From a virus (Duplodnaviria; Caudoviricetes), in the IMG/VR virus record IMGVR_UViG_3300042503_001282, positions 1-62,444 of that record: DNA of 62,444 nucleotides; one strand, written 5' to 3'. Made by a program: the position numbers and the translations under genes. Shown here piece after piece: positions 1-7,625 of this stretch. Numbering within the stretch: the stretch's first letter is position 1; the number at the start of each line of letters is the position of its first letter. A model generated the notes under the pieces. The model worked only from the letters and a program-made list of their open reading frames with translations, did no database searches and had not been told where the DNA came from.

Positions 1-11
1 AGGGCTTAGTC

Positions 12-245
12 ATGAAGTTTCCAAAACGATTCGAAATTGAAGGTATCGATCCACTCACCGTAAAGTGCAAGGTAGTTCACTGCGTCGAAGGACACTTGTT
101 TGAGAACCTGTACGACAGTGTGGAAATGGCATCGTACCTTGTCTGTCTTGATACCCTTGTCGGACCAATGGCTGATAAGGACAAAGATGGAAATTGGTGT
201 GTGCGTTTCGAATCCAAAACCGCATACAAAACCCTTTCTGAATAA
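12..245 (+). CDS. hypothetical protein
   Basis: 77-aa ORF on the dominant coding strand; the true start could lie at the window edge. Confidence 0.55.
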   Translation: MKFPKRFEIEGIDPLTVKCKVVHCVEGHLFENLYDSVEMASYLVCLDTLVGPMADKDKDGNWCVRFESKTAYKTLSE

Positions 246-270
246 AAATACAAAAAGCCATATTTTCTGG

Positions 271-300
271 TTGACAGCCCCATCCAATCCCTGATAGAAT
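271..300 (+). promoter_or_regulatory. sigma70-type early promoter, probably leaderless
   Basis: TTGACA(271-276)-N18-TAGAAT(295-300) with TG extension; ATG at 308, no SD. Confidence 0.7.
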
Positions 301-307
301 GGTTATT

Positions 308-745
308 ATGAGTCGAACTAAAACAGAAATCATCGAAACCCTAAACGCCACCGAACTTGACGGTTTGGCTATTCGCAAGAAGACCGTCACGTACTCTTTG
401 GTTGATGCTGAAGTGGTATTTGTGAAGAGCTACACTTCACACCTCTTCCGTGATCTGAGTCGTGCAAATCGAGGCATGCTCCTCCGTGGTGTAAAGATTA
501 TTGTGAAAGACCCTGTACTTGGGTCCGTATTCTTCCAGTCAACGTCAGATAAGTTCAATGACGTAGAACGTGGCGACAAGATCTCTCTCGTAGTGACTTT
601 AACGGGTGTAGGTACTCCATCTGAGAAGTATCCAGATCCGATTATGTTTGCGAAAGCGAACACTCGAAAGAGAGACAGTGTGGTCCTCACGAAAAAGGAT
701 CTCTCTGCACCATCCGCTGATGATGATATTTCCGTGAATGTTTAA
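308..745 (+). CDS. hypothetical protein (beta-rich, acidic C-tail)
   Basis: ORF 299..745; start moved to ATG 308, just downstream of the promoter. Confidence 0.7.
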   Translation: MSRTKTEIIETLNATELDGLAIRKKTVTYSLVDAEVVFVKSYTSHLFRDLSRANRGMLLRGVKIIVKDPVLGSVFFQSTSDKFNDVERGDKISLVVTLTGVGTPSEKYPDPIMFAKANTRKRDSVVLTKKDLSAPSADDDISVNV

Positions 746-773
746 TATTGTATAATTGATTGGAGACTAGACA

Positions 774-1046
774 ATGGTTAATTTGAATACAGCAGACGCA
801 ACCCTTTGGGGACGTAATCCATCGCACCGACAGGCACTCGTAGTTGAGTTTGTCGAGAAGCTTGGCGTCGTTGTTACTCGAAAGCAGGTTATTGCATTCT
901 TGAATTCGACAGGTCGCACACAAGCAGAAGCTACATGGCTTTTCAACAATAAGATTTTCAGAGCAGGTCGTGGCGCATATACGCTCCAACCTTTAATTGC
1001 AGATGGTGATACAGCTTCAGTTCCACAGGCTGCCTCTTTATCGTAA
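774..1046 (+). CDS. hypothetical protein, possible small winged-helix DNA-binding domain
   Basis: 90-aa ORF with GGAG SD and upstream TGTATAAT; helices followed by RAGRGAYTL wing-like hairpin. Confidence 0.65.
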   Translation: MVNLNTADATLWGRNPSHRQALVVEFVEKLGVVVTRKQVIAFLNSTGRTQAEATWLFNNKIFRAGRGAYTLQPLIADGDTASVPQAASLS

Positions 1047-1099
1047 TACACTCCTTGATGTAGTAAGTAGCGCATCCTGAAAACAAAGCTACTGGAACT

Positions 1100-1268
1100 G
1101 CGCTCACACCAGCCCCCTCGTGTGAGTGTTAAATGCCCCGCAGGGTATAATTGGGTAAAACCAATGAGGGGGCTTCTTTCTCGTGACTGAATCTTTGTTG
1201 CCATTAAGCCCTTCATGGTGACACTGCACGAGACTGTTTGGGGAAGCACACTCGAAGGGCACTTTTTT
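1100..1268 (+). ncRNA. candidate structured RNA with two tandem hairpin-loop pseudoknots
   Basis: stem 1100-1109/1120-1129 with loop AGCCCCCTC complementary to GAGGGGGCT 1166-1174; stem 1196-1204/1215-1223 with loop GCCCTTC complementary to GAAGGGC 1254-1260; ends in a T-run; lies in a 290-nt intergenic gap. Confidence 0.5.
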
Positions 1269-1337
1269 CATATTGCTTGAGTCTTGCAGAGATCGTATAG
1301 CTGAACTGTAGTAGGTTTTAGCTATCACAGGTAGGTT

Positions 1338-1553
1338 ATGAACAACTTCAAGATCGACATCGTAGGTAATACGTACCACATTTACTTCAACCACTCGCTC
1401 GTCGGCTGGGTCAACTACAGTGAGTTTGAGGGTGGCTATCTCGTCACACCACACAACGCTCGTTACACCGGATTTTTCAAGAACCTCGAAACCGCTATCA
1501 CAGAATTGGTTTTTCATACTTACGCTCGACATACAGCTATTCCTACTTGTTAG
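1338..1553 (+). CDS. hypothetical protein
   Basis: 71-aa ORF with AGGTAGG SD. Confidence 0.65.
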   Translation: MNNFKIDIVGNTYHIYFNHSLVGWVNYSEFEGGYLVTPHNARYTGFFKNLETAITELVFHTYARHTAIPTC

Positions 1554-1828
1554 TTTTCACGAATGACACGAAACTCGATGAAGTCGTACTCGTATGCTGG
1601 TACGCCTCGGTGTTTCTTGATTTGGGTGATGAAGAACTTTCCGATACGGGATACAAGTGGCACATCTACAGCATCTGCCGTTCCGATGAACTCTTGTAAT
1701 CCCTCTTGGAGAGCTTTCAACCTCTTCTTCAGAAGTCTATTCTTTCTGTCTAACTCTAAACGCTGCTGGTCTAGCTCGAAGAACTCGTTTGCTAATGCTT
1801 CAAGTGCTGCTTTCTGTTCACGCTTCAT
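1550..1828 (-). CDS. hypothetical coiled-coil protein
   Basis: 92-aa ORF with GAGG SD and N-terminal heptads; convergent with 1338..1553. Confidence 0.7.
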   Translation of the reverse strand: MKREQKAALEALANEFFELDQQRLELDRKNRLLKKRLKALQEGLQEFIGTADAVDVPLVSRIGKFFITQIKKHRGVPAYEYDFIEFRVIREN

Positions 1829-1910
1829 AAAACCTCTCGTATCAAAAACCTATTCAACAAAGGGATCGCTCACAAACCTATTACTGAGCGACCCCTATAA
1901 GACAACCACG

Positions 1911-2354
1911 TTAGTTTCCTCGAATCACAATCTGGTGTGGGTATCGAGATAACAAACTCGTACTAACCAAGAACTCGCCGAGTTTTGCATCGGGCAGTTT
2001 CTTGATACCTACGAAACCGTCATTGATCACTGCTGCGAGTGCTGCCTTACCTGGCTTACTTCGCAAGAACTTGTGTAATAGGTCTTGCGCTTGTTTTCTC
2101 GATAGTACAAACTGAGGCAGTACCCAATCACGCTGCCACTTTCGGTGAGCTGCGATTGATTTCGGTCTGCCCATTCGTTTAGTAACTTCCCAACCTTCTT
2201 GTCGAGGTGCTTCTTGTGCTTCATATGTTGGTATGAAACCATACTTCGGACGATTCTTTGAACCCTTTGGTCGTCCGCGCCGTTTTGAGGTCTCTTCGTG
2301 CTGTTGTGCTTCAGTCTCATCACGATTCACATTGTTTGTGTATACATCATTCAT
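1911..2354 (-). CDS. AT-hook-containing DNA-binding protein
   Basis: KRRGRPKGSKNRPK and MGRPKS motifs; GGAG SD. Confidence 0.7.
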   Translation of the reverse strand: MNDVYTNNVNRDETEAQQHEETSKRRGRPKGSKNRPKYGFIPTYEAQEAPRQEGWEVTKRMGRPKSIAAHRKWQRDWVLPQFVLSRKQAQDLLHKFLRSKPGKAALAAVINDGFVGIKKLPDAKLGEFLVSTSLLSRYPHQIVIRGN

Positions 2355-2584
2355 ATATTACTCCATCACGGTTGTTTTTGAAACTTGCTCTCTTGCGGTA
2401 TTGCAGAAGAGGTTGTTTCATCTCATATAACCATGTTCGTCTGGAACTGGATTTTACACAAGCCTTATTTGCATTTTTTTATGCATACTGCGTAAAATAC
2501 GAAATTCTTCGACAGGGTGCTATATATGCCACCTGACCCATAAAATCACCCCATAGTCATCATGTCGTAAGAAATAGTTGAATC

Positions 2585-2768
2585 TTGTCGTGCGCCGATT
2601 CCGGATTAGTACCTGTTACAACAGGTATGCTTCCGGTCCGGAAGTTTTGGCGAGCTTTTTGGGGGTTCGGCACGATAATTGATGAGGTTGCTGTTGATTC
2701 TGGACTCTATCTGTTGTAACGTGTACCTGGGCGGTCCGGAAGTTTTTCGCCGCCTGAGCTGTTATAAC
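2585..2768. repeat. palindrome and direct-repeat cluster at the strand switch
   Basis: CTGTTRYAAC-N11-CGGTCCGGAAGTTTT at 2613-2648 and 2711-2746; palindromes 2610-2627 and 2630-2644; outer stem 2585-2593/2670-2678. Confidence 0.7.
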
Positions 2769-2784
2769 CCCTATGGAGGACCAA

Positions 2785-2931
2785 ATGATATTTGTAGCAT
2801 TCGTGAGTGATGGTGTTATCGGTTTCGTCACACACGAGCTTTCTGAGCTATTAACGCACCTAAAAGAGCACCAGTGCCACCGTATAGAGATCTGGAAGGG
2901 TAGTGAGCGACGAGGCGGGTATTATTGCTAA
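2785..2931 (+). CDS. small hypothetical protein (48 aa, not in ORF track)
   Basis: GGAGG SD at 2775-2779; MIFVAFVSDG...RRGGYYC. Confidence 0.55.
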   Translation: MIFVAFVSDGVIGFVTHELSELLTHLKEHQCHRIEIWKGSERRGGYYC

Positions 2932-3023
2932 TAGAATCTCGTAAAAATACGAGGTGAACCTATCAAATGGCTAAGTAGCTGTTTTACTTAGCCCAAATAA
3001 TACCCTCCAGGTGGATTCTGTAG

Positions 3024-3064
3024 TTGACAATATCCACAAATATCTGTTATACTGGTCCAGTAAG
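3024..3064 (+). promoter_or_regulatory. sigma70-type early promoter
   Basis: TTGACA-N18-TATACT(3048-3053) with TG extension; TAAG 7 nt after the -10. Confidence 0.8.
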
Positions 3065-3081
3065 ATAGAGAAGAGGTTGAT

Positions 3082-3381
3082 ATGCTGAATTTAAGTGAGT
3101 TGCAGGTTAAGAAGATTAAGCAAGCTGCGGGGTATCGTGGTCGTAACGTGAAGTTCAAAGAGTTCCAGCCTGGTATGTCTCTCAATTCGTACTGGGATTC
3201 TGGAAGTCGAGACTACTTCTACTTCGTCAATATTGTGACTGGTGCGGTTCGTGCTGTTGGTCAGAATGGTACGCCGTTCGATGGGTTGAATCTGAAGACA
3301 ACCGTTCTCAATCCTAATGAGGTTCTTGCCGAGCGCACTGTGATGCGTGGTAAGGACGTTGCACTTTACATCTTTTCATAA
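3082..3381 (+). CDS. hypothetical protein
   Basis: 99 aa, GAGG SD, SYWDSGSRDYFY motif. Confidence 0.75.
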   Translation: MLNLSELQVKKIKQAAGYRGRNVKFKEFQPGMSLNSYWDSGSRDYFYFVNIVTGAVRAVGQNGTPFDGLNLKTTVLNPNEVLAERTVMRGKDVALYIFS

Positions 3382-3397
3382 TAGTGAGGTTTTTGAT

Positions 3398-3760
3398 ATG
3401 AAGATTAAGCCAAGGTTTGTGTTAGGTCGATATAACAGAAGAACAGGAACACGTGGTCCTGAGAGAGACCTCTTTGAGAAGTATCAAGTAGGCACGATTC
3501 GTAAAACCGAACACGGCTATACGTTTGTTGAGATCATCGGACCACGAAAGACGTTCTCGCTCATGTCGTGTGCATTACCGCTTACGATCATCTCGCCACC
3601 TGAAGTTGATGGTGGTGATGCTATTCAGAGAAAAGTTCCTCTATACTTCGTCAGCCCGATGAATGGCACAGGTCAAATACAGGGTGCTACGTACTTTGCC
3701 GAGATTGATGGTGAGTTGGTAGCATATCGTGGGGGTGGCGGTTCTGTTTATCCACTATAA
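3398..3760 (+). CDS. hypothetical protein
   Basis: ORF 3347..3760; start moved to ATG 3398 after GAGG SD. Confidence 0.7.
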   Translation: MKIKPRFVLGRYNRRTGTRGPERDLFEKYQVGTIRKTEHGYTFVEIIGPRKTFSLMSCALPLTIISPPEVDGGDAIQRKVPLYFVSPMNGTGQIQGATYFAEIDGELVAYRGGGGSVYPL

Positions 3761-3771
3761 GGTATAGCAAT

Positions 3772-3969
3772 ATGAAAAAAGTAACGCTGCTCGATTTTCT
3801 AACACCTGCTGAGATTGAAGAAGCTCGCAAGATGAAGAGCGCAAGTGAGATCAAGAGAAAGATCATCGATCCAAACTTGCGGAGGATCAACGCTGCGTTA
3901 GGTCAACAGAATGACCCCATGTATCTTGCGTACATGGTCGAGTATGTTTTAACTGCGTTAAAGAAGTGA
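3772..3969 (+). CDS. hypothetical protein
   Basis: 65 aa, AAGG SD, tight operon packing. Confidence 0.7.
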   Translation: MKKVTLLDFLTPAEIEEARKMKSASEIKRKIIDPNLRRINAALGQQNDPMYLAYMVEYVLTALKK

Positions 3970-3978
3970 GATGTTGAT

Positions 3979-4221
3979 ATGGCAAAGAGATTCGGCGACA
4001 AGCAAATGACAGAGACCACTGGTGCAAAGAACAGAAAGGTGATGGTATCATACCAAGAGCCGGTGGTGATAGTTGATGGCAATAACTACTTCGTCACTGA
4101 AGAGAAGTTCAGTAAGACCACGAGTCGCCACATAAACCACTACCTTCGGCTTGAGGGTGCTGTACATATCCACAAAGTGAATCCTGCCATCTTCAAGAAG
4201 CTCGTATCTGGAGAAATCTAA
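3979..4221 (+). CDS. hypothetical protein
   Basis: 80 aa; VSY...TEEKFSKTTSRHINHYL resembles a common small phage protein motif. Confidence 0.7.
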   Translation: MAKRFGDKQMTETTGAKNRKVMVSYQEPVVIVDGNNYFVTEEKFSKTTSRHINHYLRLEGAVHIHKVNPAIFKKLVSGEI

Positions 4222-4229
4222 ATATGAGC

Positions 4230-4478
4230 ATGAAAGGCTTCAAGCAATACATCGCAGAGGGTCCAGATAATGGGGTTCTCTTTGTAACCGTCAAGAACGG
4301 ACAAGCTCAGTTAAGAGCAAGCAATTCATCTGGCGCATACCACACCTTCGGCAAAGATGTCGTCATGGCTGTTCTTCAAGGTGACACTGCTGTTGTTACC
4401 CTTCGCAACGGCGTCACACAACTCTATAAGGTCAATCTGAAAGCTCGCACCGTCAGTGGACCAGTAAGTTCATTCTAA
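4230..4478 (+). CDS. putative internal head protein with capsid-targeting leader
   Basis: N-terminus MKGFKQYIAE resembles the T4 internal-protein CTS MKTYQEFIAE; CTAAATA late-type box at 4218-4224; alternative start at 4224. Confidence 0.6.
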   Translation: MKGFKQYIAEGPDNGVLFVTVKNGQAQLRASNSSGAYHTFGKDVVMAVLQGDTAVVTLRNGVTQLYKVNLKARTVSGPVSSF

Positions 4479-4494
4479 GCTACATAGTACTGTC

Positions 4495-5799
4495 ATGAAA
4501 AAAGCACTTGCCCGTTCCATTCTTGGAACACTGTTCATTCTTTTCCTTGTTGGTCGTCCAGTTGATGCCATCGTCAGTGGCGTTCTTGGGTTGCGGAATG
4601 ATCCTAGCTCGTCAGCTTCCATAGCCGAGACCCTGAACAAACCAGCTCTAATTAAATTAAAAGATAATAAAAGAGTCAATATCATTTTTTTAACTGCGAA
4701 GAGAAATGCGCCTGTTGGTCCAGAGTCCGTGTTCCTGCAAGGTAGGGTAGTGTACAGGCGTCGAGAATATCCGGTTGCCGCTGCGATCATAGACGGAAAG
4801 ATGAGAGTCACGTTCCCGAGTGTACCAAGAGGCAGTAAATTATCTCGGCAGAGAATTAATACTCTCACAATATCAAAGAATGGAACTGGAAGGTTAGCAA
4901 GTGTTCCAGTTTCAGTTGCTCACGCGAGGACCTGTGCCAATCACGCAGAACATTCCGAAAGTCCGCCCACTGTGATGGCTCTCAACGAAGGTATGCCTTC
5001 GAACCTGTCTCACGTGGTGACACTGCATACGTATGCCGATCAAGAATGGATTGCAAAGTACGGCGCTCGCTCGAATGAAGAGATCATCAGTATCATAAAC
5101 ACTGCTGAAGCTATCTACACTCGTCAGTTGGGGATTCGATTCCGCATCGTGGGTCAGAACAGCTACTACACACTAGAAACAGACCCATCGAAGATGCTGC
5201 GACAAATTCAGTCTGATGCATCAACACAGAACGACAATACAGATCTGAAGCACCTCTTCACTGGGAAAGATATGGACAGCACCACGGTTGGACTCGCATA
5301 TGTTGGCACCGTATGTGCATATCCAAACTGGGCGTACGGCATCACACAACAGTACTATACTCTCACGCCGTTTATTTTTGCACACGAGATCGGACACAAC
5401 TTTAATGCAAACCATACGTACACGGGGCTCATGGCGCCGTACATCTCAGCACAGTCATCGAGTGGGTTCTCTGATTTCAGTCTCAACCAGATCAATAATC
5501 ACCTGAACTATTTCGGGTCGTGCTTGTCACTTGAAGCTACGATGCCGAACCTTGCAACGTCACGCATCACAATATCGTACAGTAACAAGATCATCACCGG
5601 AAAGCTGGTCGACATTTCGGGTAAGCCGTTGCCGAACCAGAAGATCATCATAACACTCAACAGGAGGAAACAGACAGTACGCACAAACGCCCAAGGTCAA
5701 TTCAGAACGAGAGTGGTCGTGAGAGGGAAATACACGGCTAAAGCATCCACGGCAGGGGGAGAAAAAACGTCTAGGTCTATTTCATTCACAGTACGATGA
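4495..5799 (+). CDS. secreted M12B (reprolysin-like) zinc metalloprotease
   Basis: signal peptide; prodomain ending in CANHAEH; HEIGHNFNANH zinc motif (5383-5415); Met-turn GLMAP; GLAYVGTVC; basic Ig-like C-terminal domain. Confidence 0.9.
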   Translation: MKKALARSILGTLFILFLVGRPVDAIVSGVLGLRNDPSSSASIAETLNKPALIKLKDNKRVNIIFLTAKRNAPVGPESVFLQGRVVYRRREYPVAAAIIDGKMRVTFPSVPRGSKLSRQRINTLTISKNGTGRLASVPVSVAHARTCANHAEHSESPPTVMALNEGMPSNLSHVVTLHTYADQEWIAKYGARSNEEIISIINTAEAIYTRQLGIRFRIVGQNSYYTLETDPSKMLRQIQSDASTQNDNTDLKHLFTGKDMDSTTVGLAYVGTVCAYPNWAYGITQQYYTLTPFIFAHEIGHNFNANHTYTGLMAPYISAQSSSGFSDFSLNQINNHLNYFGSCLSLEATMPNLATSRITISYSNKIITGKLVDISGKPLPNQKIIITLNRRKQTVRTNAQGQFRTRVVVRGKYTAKASTAGGEKTSRSISFTVR

Positions 5800-5915
5800 C
5801 ACTACTACAAACACACATACTACGAGTTTTTCTTATGTACATGTTCATTAAGATCACGCTGCTAGTACCCTTTATCACAATGGCTCTCGTAAACTACCTA
5901 TACGACAGGGAATAA
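5796..5915 (+). CDS. small membrane peptide (39 aa, not in ORF track)
   Basis: ATGA overlap with the protease stop; hydrophobic core VFLMYMFIKITLLVPFITMALVNYL. Confidence 0.4.
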   Translation: MTLLQTHILRVFLMYMFIKITLLVPFITMALVNYLYDRE

Positions 5916-6004
5916 TAATTCTCAGTTAGCACGTAAATTGTTGTTTTCTGGTTAATTTTGACCTTTCAGCTCCACATCCACTTATGGTATAATCATACTG
6001 TAAG
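5911..6004 (+). promoter_or_regulatory. early promoter cassette, copy 1
   Basis: TGgTATAAT (-10 at 5988-5993)-N7-TAAG; upstream ~55 nt homologous to 7077-7131. Confidence 0.7.
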
Positions 6005-6028
6005 AAGGTTTTCAAAAGGAGCAATATT

Positions 6029-6235
6029 ATGAGTCATCCAGTAAACGATTCGGTTCTTGAGAGGCTAGGTGAGTTGCGAGATCTCGTGAATTTCCTAGAG
6101 AGTGAGTTGCTTTTCCATTCTCTTCAAGGTAACTACGACTATGCCGACCAGACATACGGCGAGTTGATCGATGCTCGCAAGGAGCTTGCGAAGTTCGAAG
6201 ATTGGTTGGGTATCACGCCTAGCATGGGAGTTTAA
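6029..6235 (+). CDS. hypothetical protein
   Basis: 68 aa, AAGGAG SD. Confidence 0.75.
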   Translation: MSHPVNDSVLERLGELRDLVNFLESELLFHSLQGNYDYADQTYGELIDARKELAKFEDWLGITPSMGV

Positions 6236-6237
6236 TT

Positions 6238-6414
6238 ATGAAGATGACGTTTGATCAAGCTAAACAAATCGTGGGAAACCAGCCCAAGTGGGCACTTCAG
6301 AACATGGTTAAAGCCCTCTCGATGTTCGGTGGGTATCTGAATACACCAGAAGAAAACATTAGGCTTCAAGCTGCCAAGAGAGTGTTGCGTGGTGACAGAA
6401 GGAGCAAGAAGTAA
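6238..6414 (+). CDS. small hypothetical protein (58 aa, not in ORF track)
   Basis: GGAG SD; MKMTFDQAKQIVGNQPKWALQNMVKALS; fills the gap exactly. Confidence 0.65.
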   Translation: MKMTFDQAKQIVGNQPKWALQNMVKALSMFGGYLNTPEENIRLQAAKRVLRGDRRSKK

Positions 6415-6415
6415 T

Positions 6416-6574
6416 ATGATATACGAAGAAGAGCCACGTGTTGAGATGAACCGCACCGAATTCATTTACCTGTCGTATGTGAATGAATTCCTTACTGTAG
6501 AGAGATGTGCCGAGTACCACTGTATCACACCGTCGAGCCTCCGCAGAATAATCAGGTTGTGGAGGAACAAGTAA
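6416..6574 (+). CDS. small hypothetical protein
   Basis: YLSYVNEFLTVERCAEYH, HTH-like; start adjusted to follow the previous stop. Confidence 0.6.
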   Translation: MIYEEEPRVEMNRTEFIYLSYVNEFLTVERCAEYHCITPSSLRRIIRLWRNK

Positions 6575-6575
6575 C

Positions 6576-7028
6576 ATGAACCTCAACAAACTCACAAAAT
6601 ACGCCGCCCTCAGGAAAGCCGTAAAGTTCGCTCGCCTGAATTGCAATCCAGAAGAGAACGCTACCAGATACCGAGCACTGATCCTCGGCTACTACTCAGC
6701 TATAGAAGAGTTGGGTGCGATCAAGTTTCCCAGACCAGAGAAACGTGCCCGAGAAGTGGGCAGAAAGATCTCGTCAACCAAACGCAAAATGATCAAGCAG
6801 GGATTGTGGTTCGGCGGTCGAGTGCCGTTCGGGTATAGTGCCAAAAACGGCAAGCTGGTCATCAACCACGAAGAAGATGAAGCCGTGTCGATGATGGTGA
6901 GATTATATGCGGGTGGGGTCAAGCCACATACCATATCGAAACGGATATTCGAAAAGCTCGGCATCAAGGTGTCCCATAATTGTGTGCGAAAGATATGCAC
7001 TGGTCAGAGAGTGACGCCGACACACTAG
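6576..7028 (+). CDS. serine-recombinase-type DNA-binding (Recombinase) domain protein lacking the catalytic domain
   Basis: GLWFGGRVPFGY...GKLVINHEEDEAVSMMVRLYAGG...ISKRI; no N-terminal YxRxS resolvase motif. Confidence 0.75.
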   Translation: MNLNKLTKYAALRKAVKFARLNCNPEENATRYRALILGYYSAIEELGAIKFPRPEKRAREVGRKISSTKRKMIKQGLWFGGRVPFGYSAKNGKLVINHEEDEAVSMMVRLYAGGVKPHTISKRIFEKLGIKVSHNCVRKICTGQRVTPTH

Positions 7029-7076
7029 AGCATACGAAAAACTCGTAGTCCAGCTTAACTGGTTGATATTAAACCA

Positions 7077-7170
7077 AATAATAATTATCACTTAGCAATT
7101 AAATTGCTGATTCCACGCCATTTTTGAGCTTCGCATTAACATGGAAAGTGTGCTATAATAAGAGTATAAG
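7077..7170 (+). promoter_or_regulatory. early promoter cassette, copy 2
   Basis: TGcTATAAT (-10 at 7154-7159)-N7-TAAG; same spacing as copy 1. Confidence 0.7.
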
Positions 7171-7190
7171 GTAAAGAGAAAAGGTTCTGT

Positions 7191-7400
7191 ATGTTATCGA
7201 AAATTGATCAAGCTAAAGCTGAAGTATTTGAAAAGATCATCGAAGATGCTGGTCTCGATTTCACCCCAGAGACAGTACTCAAATGTATTGAGATCGCCAA
7301 AGTTGCCATGAAGAACGGCGATTGCTCAGTCGAAGCATTCTATAAGGCAAAAGAGATCCTGATTTCCAGACTTGAGTGCCCCAGTGAGTTGTTAAACTAA
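7191..7400 (+). CDS. hypothetical protein
   Basis: 69 aa, AAGG SD. Confidence 0.7.
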   Translation: MLSKIDQAKAEVFEKIIEDAGLDFTPETVLKCIEIAKVAMKNGDCSVEAFYKAKEILISRLECPSELLN

Positions 7401-7414
7401 TCAAAGGAGTTGTT

Positions 7415-7624
7415 ATGAACATCAAAGAACTAGAACAGGCACTAGCAGAAGCCAACCGCCGTGCTAAACAGCACCTCGTCAACAGCAACATCGCCACCTA
7501 CTGGCGAGACTCGGCAGAGTCAAGTGAGCAGTGGGAGCACAGTAAAGAAGCTCTCGCCGAAGCTGAACTGATCAAGAAGCAGATTGAAGCTCTCAAGCTT
7601 GCAGAGGGAATCGTCGAGTCGTAA
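7415..7624 (+). CDS. hypothetical helical protein
   Basis: 69 aa, AAGGAG SD. Confidence 0.75.
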   Translation: MNIKELEQALAEANRRAKQHLVNSNIATYWRDSAESSEQWEHSKEALAEAELIKKQIEALKLAEGIVES

Positions 7625-7625
7625 C

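Noticed and set aside
1086-1176. Twister or pistol ribozyme (GTAAAA...GAGGGGGC; TTAAAT after a pseudoknotted hairpin)
   Set aside because: Loop element order and cleavage-site motifs do not fit either consensus; kept only as an unknown structured RNA
2634-2746. SRP RNA helix 8 (GGTCCGGAAG)
   Set aside because: Lacks the flanking CAGG and GAAGCAG of the conserved internal loop, and occurs as a DNA-like direct repeat
2613-2768. Mini CRISPR array
   Set aside because: Only two degenerate units with variable middles; no cas genes
3030-3038. DnaA box (ATATCCACA)
   Set aside because: Single mismatched copy inside a promoter spacer
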